Assembly (NCBI GenBank): GCA_043826355.1
Contig: JBDRQI010000001.1
Location: 69,993 to 133,992 of the forward strand
From: Candidatus Omnitrophota bacterium
GTDB taxonomy: Bacteria; Ratteibacteria; UBA8468; MWAK01
Length of the DNA: 64,000 nt
Reading direction: 5' to 3'
The notes beneath the pieces are model-generated. The model was not told the DNA's origin. It saw only the letters and a list, made by a program, of their open reading frames with translations, and did not search any database. The position numbers and the translations under genes are program-made. Positions 1 to 9,500 of this stretch are shown piece after piece. The stretch's first letter is position 1. Every line of letters begins with the position of its first letter.

Positions 1-6
1 GAAAGT

Positions 7-777
7 TTGCATCTGCCGGAATCAACCGGCCAAGCCGCCGATTTTCTCAACGGGCTGGTGCTGGTAACCGGAGCTTCGGGATGCGGAAAGTCCAGCACCC
101 TGGCCGCCGTCATAAACCATATTAACGAAAAAAGGAAGTGCCACATTCTCTGCATTGAAGACCCGATTGAGTTTCTTTATCAAAACAAGCAGGCGATTAT
201 TACCCAACGGGAGGTGGAAGTAGACGTAGATTCTTTTAAAGAGGCCTTGCGATATGCCGTAAGACAAGACCCGGACGTTATTCTGATCGGCGAAATTCGG
301 GACGAGGAAACGGTTAAATTCGCGCTGCGCGGAGCGGAAACCGGCCGCCTTGTCCTGGGCACGATTCACAGCACCAACGCAACCCAGACGATTGAAAGAA
401 TTCTGGGCTTTTTCCCGCAAAACGAGCAGGCGCAAACCAGAAAAAACCTGAGCCGTTACCTGAAAGCGGTGATTTCCCAGATGCTGGTTCCTTCCTGCAA
501 AGAAGGAATGACCCTTGTGCCGGCGTGCGAGATTATGTTTGTAAATCAGACCATCTCCAGATTGATTGCGGAAGGGAAGGATGATAAGATTATTCAGGCG
601 ATTAAATCCGGCGCAAAAGAATGGGGCATGCAGGATTTTGAACAAGCGCTCATTGACCTGATAAATAAGGACATCATTACAAAAGAAACCGGCCTGCAAT
701 ATACCGAAAGCCCTCAAAGTATGGAGATGAAACTGAAGGGTATCTTTTTAAGCGATGCGGGCTCTATTATTTCTTGA
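7..777 (+). CDS. PilT/PilU-family type IV pilus retraction ATPase (5' end probably outside the window)
   Basis: Walker A GASGCGKS, EDPIE, RQDPDVILIGEIRD and GTIHS His box. Confidence 0.9.
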   Translation: MHLPESTGQAADFLNGLVLVTGASGCGKSSTLAAVINHINEKRKCHILCIEDPIEFLYQNKQAIITQREVEVDVDSFKEALRYAVRQDPDVILIGEIRDEETVKFALRGAETGRLVLGTIHSTNATQTIERILGFFPQNEQAQTRKNLSRYLKAVISQMLVPSCKEGMTLVPACEIMFVNQTISRLIAEGKDDKIIQAIKSGAKEWGMQDFEQALIDLINKDIITKETGLQYTESPQSMEMKLKGIFLSDAGSIIS

Positions 778-820
778 AAAAGTATTGATACCAATTTGAA
801 TTCAACCGGCGCGTGCAACC

Positions 821-1546
821 ATGAAGCGAAAAAAGTTTTCCCTCCCGGTCCGTACGCCGGCGGTTCTCTTTCTGCTTTTTTCCGCTCTTCTCTTCGGAAA
901 TCCCATCGGCCGGACACAGGAGACAACCCTGCCGGATGGTTTCGTCTATGTTGACACAATCATTCCCAGCATCAGGATTGAACTGCGCTATTATACAACC
1001 CATAACTTCGTCGGCGAACGTATTGACGGGTATATCGCGCCGAAATGCATCCTGACGCGGCCGGCGGCGCAGGCGCTGGAAAAAGTCCAGGCGGAATTAA
1101 AACCGTTCGGTCTGGGCTTGAAGATATACGATGCTTACCGGCCCCAGCAGGCGGTTGACCATTTCCGGCGCTGGGCCGCAAATACGTCCGACGTACGCAA
1201 GAAAGACGAGTTTTATCCAGAGGTGGCTAAGGAAGAATTATTCCGGAAGGGATACCTGGCCAGCCGGTCAGGCCACAGCCGGGGCAGTACCGTTGACCTG
1301 ACGATTGTGCCGTTGGGTGCGGAAAGCCCGGATGAGGTGATTGATATGGGTAGTCCTTTTGATTTTTTTAGTCCAAGGTCATGGCCGGGCAATCTTTCGG
1401 TAGAGCCCGAACAGCGCGCCCACCGGATGCTTCTTCAAGTCCTTATGGGGAAGCATGGGTTCCGGCCCTATGCTTATGAGTGGTGGCACTTCACGCTGAA
1501 TAATGAACCTTTTCCAAACACCTATTTTAACTTTCCCGTTAAATGA
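821..1546 (+). CDS. D-Ala-D-Ala dipeptidase, VanX/DdpX family (M15D), with signal peptide
   Basis: YDAYRP, SGHSRGSTVD and EWWH motifs. Confidence 0.92.
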   Translation: MKRKKFSLPVRTPAVLFLLFSALLFGNPIGRTQETTLPDGFVYVDTIIPSIRIELRYYTTHNFVGERIDGYIAPKCILTRPAAQALEKVQAELKPFGLGLKIYDAYRPQQAVDHFRRWAANTSDVRKKDEFYPEVAKEELFRKGYLASRSGHSRGSTVDLTIVPLGAESPDEVIDMGSPFDFFSPRSWPGNLSVEPEQRAHRMLLQVLMGKHGFRPYAYEWWHFTLNNEPFPNTYFNFPVK

Positions 1547-1586
1547 TGCTATCTTTTTCAACCGGTACGCGCAAGGAGGAGAGGTT

Positions 1587-2279
1587 ATGGTCTTAAAATG
1601 TATGCAGGTTTTGGCGGTAGTCGGACTGATGGCTACTCAGGTGAACTGCGCTCAGACAACGCTCCTTAATACCCAAAAGGAGAAGGTAAGTTACGGCATC
1701 GGGGTTAACATAGCGAAAAGTTTCAAGCCGCAAGGCATTGAGATTGACGTAGAGGCCCTGGTGAAAGGACTGAGGGACGCGTTTTCAGGGGGAAAACTAC
1801 TTATGACCGAGGATGAAATTCAAGCAACTATGCGTCAATTTCAGATTGAACTGAACCAGAAACAGGCCCAGGGCGCGAAGGCGGTGTCAACGGAAAACAA
1901 GAAAGAGGGGGCTGCTTTTTTAGCCGGAAACAAAACCAAACCGGGCGTGGTAACCCTGCCCAGCGGTCTGCAGTATAAAATTCTAAAAGCGGGTAACGGC
2001 AAAAAGCCGATTGGGTCCGACACGGTGGAGTGCCATTACCGGGGCACCCTTGTCAACGGGACCGAGTTTGACAGCTCCTACCGCCGCGGACAACCCGCTT
2101 CTTTTCCGGTCTCCGGGGTTATCCCCGGCTGGACGGAAGCCCTGAAACTGATGCCGGTGGGTTCCAAGTGGCAGCTCTTTATTCCTCCCCAGCTTGCTTA
2201 CGGAACGCAGGGGGCAGGCCGTGACATCGGGCCGGACGCGACGCTCATTTTTGAGGTGGAACTCCTGGCCATCAAGTAA
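1587..2279 (+). CDS. FKBP-type peptidyl-prolyl isomerase (Mip/FklB-like)
   Basis: KVSYGIG N-domain, HYRGTL, FDSS, VIPGW, LIFEVEL; start moved to the ATG at 1587 after AGGAG. Confidence 0.93.
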   Translation: MVLKCMQVLAVVGLMATQVNCAQTTLLNTQKEKVSYGIGVNIAKSFKPQGIEIDVEALVKGLRDAFSGGKLLMTEDEIQATMRQFQIELNQKQAQGAKAVSTENKKEGAAFLAGNKTKPGVVTLPSGLQYKILKAGNGKKPIGSDTVECHYRGTLVNGTEFDSSYRRGQPASFPVSGVIPGWTEALKLMPVGSKWQLFIPPQLAYGTQGAGRDIGPDATLIFEVELLAIK

Positions 2280-2280
2280 T

Positions 2281-3381
2281 CTATTTGCCGAGTTTTTTCC
2301 GGAGGTAGGCCGGGAGGTCTCCTTCGTTATCGAACAACAGCGGCTGATTGCCACCTACCCTTAATTTTTCCGTATTCTTTCTTTTTGGTTTATAATTGAC
2401 CGCTTCCGGTTCTGCCTCAGCAGCCGGAACATTTTCCAATCCGGTAGCGACCACCATTACTTTTAAGACATCCTGGGACTGGGGCTCCAGCGCCACCCCG
2501 GTAAACTTTTTGGCTTTGGCCGGGAGCATCGATTCCACGGTCTTCATAACTTGGTTTACCTCGAAAACGGTCAGGTTGTTACCGCCGGTAATGCTGACAA
2601 GGATATGGCGGCTGCTCATCAGTGACTTTTTCTGTAAAAATGGATTTCCGGCCGCCATTCGGGCAGCCTCTTCCGCCCGGCCCGGTCCCCGGGCGAAACC
2701 GATGCCCATCAATCCGTCACCGCCGTTTTTGATAATGGTGCGCAGGTCAGCGAAATCGAGGTTAATATGGCCCGGTTTGGTCAAAAGGTCAGAAATTCCC
2801 GATACCCCCTGATAAAGAGTCTCATCTATCTTTTCAAAAGCTTCAGTTAATTTGGTGTTGGTTGGCAACAACTCAAATATTTTATCATTGGGAATCACGA
2901 TTAAAGTGTCCGCGTATTTTTTCAATTCCTCAATCCCCTTGCGGGCAATTTCCAGCTTGGCCTCGCCGTCGAAATAAAAGGGCAGGTTAACAAATCCAAC
3001 CACCAGCGCGCCGTTATTTTTAGCAATCTCGGCAATTACCGGACCGGCTCCGGTACCGGTACCGCCGCCCGTTCCCATCGTCAGGAAGACAATTCGGGTT
3101 CCCTTTAGTAATTCGCCGAGCTGCCTGCGGTCTTCTTCGGCCGCAAACCTGCCCAGTTCCGGGTTGCCGCCGGCACCCAGCCCCCTGGTTAACTGTCGGC
3201 CAATCAAAAATTTAATGGGCGCTTTAATCTCCGTAAGCGCCTGGAGGTCGGTATTAACCGCGGCGATGGTTGCCCCGGTCAGTTTATCCGCCATCCGGCT
3301 GACCATATTTCCGCCGGACCCGCCCACGCCTACTACCTTTATTCCGATGTCACCTAATTTTTCGGCTATGCGTATCCGCAT
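2281..3381 (-). CDS. ftsZ: Cell division protein FtsZ
   Basis: GLGAG, tubulin signature GGGTGTG, INLDFAD, C-terminal DLPAYLRK. Confidence 0.96.
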   Translation of the reverse strand: MRIRIAEKLGDIGIKVVGVGGSGGNMVSRMADKLTGATIAAVNTDLQALTEIKAPIKFLIGRQLTRGLGAGGNPELGRFAAEEDRRQLGELLKGTRIVFLTMGTGGGTGTGAGPVIAEIAKNNGALVVGFVNLPFYFDGEAKLEIARKGIEELKKYADTLIVIPNDKIFELLPTNTKLTEAFEKIDETLYQGVSGISDLLTKPGHINLDFADLRTIIKNGGDGLMGIGFARGPGRAEEAARMAAGNPFLQKKSLMSSRHILVSITGGNNLTVFEVNQVMKTVESMLPAKAKKFTGVALEPQSQDVLKVMVVATGLENVPAAEAEPEAVNYKPKRKNTEKLRVGGNQPLLFDNEGDLPAYLRKKLGK

Positions 3382-3502
3382 CGTTTAATATTAACACCTT
3401 GCCGGATTTGGGGTCAATCCGTTTGCTGAAGATTAGCCCGCACGCGGGTATAACGGGTATAATTAAGAATATGCTTTAACGAGACGGAAGGAGCGAGACC
3501 AA

Positions 3503-6500
3503 TTGAAAAAAGGTAAAAACGTATTTTTTAGATTACTAACGAGATTTAGCGCTTCCGGGAAAATTTATAAACCGTTCCGGGATAGTGATGCCGACCGGCC
3601 GTTACGGGCGGAATTGTTCAGCATTGAACAGTTGGAACAACACGCCGCCGAAATTGCCCGAAAGCACCGGGTCAGCCCGGAACGCGGACGCGACCGTCTT
3701 TTGGGGCGTCTTTCCGGAAATGAGCGTGTCCTGCTGGAAGCCCACCGGCTTATTGCGACGGCGGTCGCGCGGGAACAGGAGATTTCTCCCGCCGACGAAT
3801 GGTTCCTGGATAACTTTTACCTTATCAAAGAGCAGATACGCGCAGTGCGCCAGCACCTGCCGAAGGGTTACAGCCGGGAACTTCCCCGGCTGTTTACGGG
3901 ACAGATGGCCGGTTACCCGCGTGTATATGACATCGTTCTTGACCTTGTTTCCCATGTTGACGGACAGGTTAGCCCGGAAAGTTTCGCCGGATTTATAAAA
4001 GGGTATCAAACGGTAACTCCGTTAAGCATGGGTGAATTGTGGGCGACGCCGATTATGCTGCGGCTGGCGCTGATTGAAAATTTGCGCCGCATCATGGCGC
4101 GCATCATCGTAAACAGGGGAGATTGGGATAAAGCCAACGATTGGGTTAATCGGTTGTTGGAAACAGCGGAACGGCAACCGGGCAACCTTATTCTTTTGAT
4201 GGCCGATATGGCCCGCGCGCATAAATCCATGCGAAACTCTTTTATCGCTGAGTTTGCCCGCCGCCTGCAGAACCAGGGTCCGGTTTTCGCTTTCACGCTT
4301 ACGTGGATAGAACAGCGCCTGGGTGAAAAAGGACTCACGATTGAGCAGGTCGTCCAGGACGAAAACCGTCAGCAGGCCGCCGACCAGGTATCCGTTTCCA
4401 ACAGCATCACCAGCATGCGTTTTGTGGACGAAACGGATTGGCACGCGTTCATTGAAAACGTAAGTATCGTGGAGCATATCCTGGGCGACGACCCTTCCGG
4501 CACATACGCGCACATGGATTTTACTTCGCGGGACCGATACCGGCATGTCATAGAAGACATTGCCAGACAGAGCGACCTGACCGAAATTGAGGTTGCCCGA
4601 ACGGCGGTGCGGCTGACACGGGAGAAGGCGGCCGGAAAAGAGCCGGGCAGTCCGGCGGCGGCACACGTGGGATATTATCTGGTGGATAAAGGGCTGCCTG
4701 ATTTGGAACAAGCGGCCGGGGTGCGCCTGCCCTTCTTTCGGAAGTTCAGGAAAATGTGCGGCGACACATTCCGGAACTGCCCCCTGGTATTTTATCTCGG
4801 AACAATATTTTTCCTGACCGCCCTGGGCACGGGCGCGCTGCTCATTTCATGTTATCGGTACGGAATATTTACGCCGGCAGTTATCGCTTTTTGCCTGGTT
4901 ACTTTTCTGTCGGTCGGCCAGCTTGCGGTTGAATTGGTCAACCGGGCGGTCACGCTGACGGTGCGGCCGCGGTATCTGCCCAGAATGGATTTTTTCGAAG
5001 GTATTCCGTCAAGCGCGCGCACGCTGGTAGTTATTCCGACTTTACTCATCAACCGGAGGGATATCGAAAACCTGCTGAATCAGCTGGAAATACGCTACTT
5101 GGGCAACCGTGACGCGCATCTGCATTTTGCCCTGCTTACGGATTTCTGCGACGCGCCCCGGGAAGCGATGCCGGACGACGAAACGCTGTTGACGGTCGCC
5201 CGGGACGGAATACGGGCGTTGAACGATAAGTACGGGCACGAACGGACGGATATATTCTTCCTGTTCCATCGTCCGCGGCGGTTGAACACGCAAGAGCGGA
5301 TATGGATGGGGCACGAACGTAAGCGCGGAAAACTGGCGGACCTCAACGCATTCCTTCGGGGAAAAACAGAAGACCGGTTCTCCGACATCGTGGGCGACAC
5401 CCGGGCGCTTCAAAAAGTAAAGTACGTGCTTACGCTGGATACGGACACGCAGCTTTTCCACGGTTCGGCCCGGCAACTCGTGTCGGTTGCCGAACACCCG
5501 TTGAACCGGCCGCAGTATGACGAACAAAAAGAGCGCGTCTGCAAGGGATACGGAATTTTTCAGCCGCGCGTCGGGGTTAATCTTTTGAGCGCAAACCGTT
5601 CCCGATTTTCACAGATTTTTTCCGGGGATCCGAGGTTTGACCCGTACACGCGCGCAATTTCAGATGTATATCAGGACCTGTTCAACGAGGGGTCGTTTAT
5701 CGGGAAGGGCCTGTACGATGTTGATATTTTTAACCGCGTTCTGGAAGGAAGGTTTCCGGCGAATAGAATTCTCAGCCACGATTTACTGGAAGGATGTTAT
5801 GCGCGGACCGCGCTGGTCAGCGATGTTCTGATTTGCGAGGACTTCCCGGTCATGTACGGCGCGGACGTGAGCCGCAGGCATCGGTGGATACGGGGTGACT
5901 GGCAGATTGCGGCCTGGTTGTTCCCGTACGTTCCGGGTCCCGGCGGGTCCCGGCTTAAAAATCCCCTCTCCGCGCTCTCGCGCTGGAAGATTTTTGATAA
6001 TCTCCGCCGTAGTTTGGCGCCACCCGCTTTGACGCTGATGCTGCTGCTGGGATGGCTCGTGATGGGTCCGGTCTGGCTTTGGACTGCCGTGGGAGCCGGA
6101 ATCATTCTGGGTCCGTCGCTTCTTTCGGCGGCCGCGGAATTCATCCGGAAAACGCGGGGGTTGACATTTCGGTTCCGCCTGCGCGAGACATCCCGTTCAG
6201 CGGGCAGATATTTTGTCCAAACGGTCTTTACCCTGATTTTCCTGCCGTATGAGGCATACGCTAATCTGGATGCAGTTCTGCGGACGATGGTAAGGTTATT
6301 GTTTACGCGTCGGGGTCTTTTGCGATGGACGGCGGCCAAGAGCGCGGAACGGAAAGCCCTGAAAAATCAGGGTTCCTGCTGGCAAAAAATGTGGATTGCG
6401 CCGCTTACCGCGGTTTGCGTCACCGGATATCTCGCCGGTTTCACCTCCGGAATTCATCCGGCGCCTCTGGCGATTATAATCCCGTGGTTCTTTTCTCCGT

Positions 6501-9500
6501 TGCTCGCCTGGTGGATCAGTTTGCCGCTCATCCGTCGCGAGACGGTCTTGTCGCGCCGCCAAGCGGCGTTTCTGCGGATATTGGCCCGTAAAACGTGGCT
6601 TTTCTTTGAAACATTCAACGGAGCCGAATCCAACTGGCTCCCGCCGGACAACTATCAGGAGCATCCGCTGACCAGGGTTGCGTTCCGGACTTCGCCCACG
6701 AATATCGGTTTTTCGCTCGCGGCCAATCTGGCGGCGTACGATTTCGGATACCTCTCAACCGGGGGACTGCTGGAACGGACCGAAAAAACGCTGGCGGCGA
6801 TGAAACAACTGGACCGCTTCCACGGCCATTTTTATAACTGGTATGATATTCAGACGCTGAAACCTTTGCCGCCGTTATATATTTCCGCGGTTGACAGCGG
6901 CAACCTGCAATGCCTTCTTTTGATTCTGCGCCAGGGTCTCCTGGAATTGCCCGACCGGGATATTTTACCATCACCGATGTTCGATGGGATTGCGGATTCC
7001 CTGGACCTGTTTTTGGATGCGGCAACCCCTGCCCCCAAACAATCCCGGACTGACGGAGACCGGTCCGCAAACCCCCCGGCGGACGCGTTGCGACAACTGT
7101 CTGAAATCCGGAATAAGATGGGCGAGGTTCCCCGAACGCCCGGACTGATAAAAGAGTTGCTTTCCCGGATTGTGTCGGAATTGCGAAGCGTGGTCGGCGT
7201 TCTGAGTCCGCCGGACGACAGCGAGGTCTTCCTTTGGGCGCGCACGGCCGAAAAACTCTGCGCGAGTTTCCTGGAAGAACTTTCATTCCTGACTCCCTGG
7301 GCGGAAATGTTTCCGATTGCGGAATTCAGGCCGGATGGGCTTACGCCGAATGATGCGGCTGAATTGAAAGCCACGCTTGCGCGATTGGAAAATATCCCGA
7401 CACTCCGCGACGTTATCCGCACGGGCTCGGCCGCGCTGTTAGTCCTTGACCGGGTTTCGGATGCTTCGGAAACGGCGGAGGCCGGCGAAAAGAAGACCTT
7501 GCTTTTGCGCCGGGGATTGACCGACGCGGTCGCCCGCGCGCAGGAACGCGTTGAGAATATAGAAACTCTCGCTTTGCAGTGCGACGATTTCGCCGATATG
7601 AATTACGATTTTCTTTACAACAAGTCGCGGCAACTTCTGGCCGTCGGGTTCAATGTGGGGGAACACCGTCGTGATGAATCGCATTATGACCTGCTTGCTT
7701 CGGAAGCGCGGCTGGCCAGTTTTATACTGATTTCTCAAGGACGCCTGCCGCTGAAACACTGGTTTTCTCTCGGCCGGCTGGTGACAGCTTTCAGAGGGGA
7801 GCCGGCCCTGCTCTCGTGGAGCGGGTCGCTTTTTGAATATCTTATGCCGCTTCTAGTGATGCCGGATTATGAAAACACCCTTCTGAATCAGACATACCGG
7901 ACGGTTGTCGCCTGGCAGATTAAATACGGGGCAGACCACCGGATTCCCTGGGGTTTTTCCGAATCCGGATACAATTCAATAGACGCGCACAAAAATTATC
8001 TTTACGCCGCTTTCGGCCTGCCCGGACTCGGTTTCAAGCGTGGTCTGTCGGAAAACCTGGTTGTCGCTCCGTACGCTTCGGCGCTGGCGCTCATGGTGGA
8101 CCCGGAAAACGCCTGCCAGAACTTAGAGCGGATGTCCCGGGAAGGAAGTGCCGGAAAATACGGCCTCTACGAAGCGGTTGACTATACCCGGGCGCGGTTG
8201 GCGCACGGAGAATCAAAGGCCGTGGTGCGTTCCTTCATGATTCACCACCAGGGTATGACGCTGCTGGCAATCGCTTATGCGCTGCTGAACCGGCCGATGC
8301 AGAGACGTTTTGGACGGGACGCGGCGTTTAGGGCGGCCGAACCCCTCCTGCAGGAAAAGGTTCCGGATGCCAGGCCGTTCTTTCCGGGGTTGTCGGATGA
8401 ATTGGAAATTAGGCGCGAACCCGGAGAACACAATGCGCTCATGCGTATTTTTACCAGCCCGAACACGCCGGTGCCCGAGGTGCATCTGATGTCGAACGGC
8501 CGCTACCATGTTATGGTCACCAACGCCGGGGGCGGTTACAGCCGGTGGAAGGATATCGCAATTACGCGATGGCGGGAGGATGCGACGTGCGACAATATGG
8601 GCATATTCTGTTACATCCGCGACATGAGCACCGGGGAACTGTGGTCCGTCAGTTCCCAGCCGGCGCTTCGGTCCTCAAAGTTTTATGAAGCGATATTTTC
8701 TCAATCCCGGGCGGAATTCCGATGCCAGGACGACCGGTTCCATTTGCACACGGAGATAGCGGTTTCGCCCGAAGAAGACGTTGAACTCCGAAGGGTAAAC
8801 ATAACCAACAATACCTGGAAACGGCACACGGTTGAACTAACCAGTTACGCCGAAGTTGTGCTGGCGTCCCAGGACGCCGAGGCGACACATCCTGTCTTCA
8901 ACGGCCTTTTTCTGGAAACGGAAATTCTCCGGGAACGGCAGGCGGTTTTGTGCACGCGCCGGCCCCGTTCGGACAAAGAAACGCCCATCTGGCTGACGCA
9001 TCTGGTGACGGTTCATAACGCGTTTCGGGGCGATGTTTCCTACGAAACCGACCGGGCGCGGTTTATCGGCCGGGGAAGGACCCTTCGTAATCCCGGGTCG
9101 GTAAATAACGGAGGGAAACTTTCCGACAGCGAAGGGTCAGTGCTGGACCCGGTCGTGGCGATTAGAACGACGATTACGATAGAACCGGAGCAAACCGCGG
9201 TTGTGGACCTGGTTTTCGGCATTGCGCAGACACGTGACGATGCGGTAACCCTGGCGGGAAAATATCACGACAAATATTTTGCCGACCGTATCTTCGCCCT
9301 CGCCTGGACCCACAGCCAGGTGGTCCTGCATCAACTCGGTATTACTGAACCCGATGCGCAGTTGTTCGGACGGCTCGCCGGCGCGCTCCTTTACGCCGGC
9401 ATCTTTCGCCGGGCCGCCCCGGGTTTACTGGCCAAAAACCGCCGCAGCCAATCCGGATTGTGGGGTTACGGTATCTCCGGAGACCTGCCCATCGTGCTCC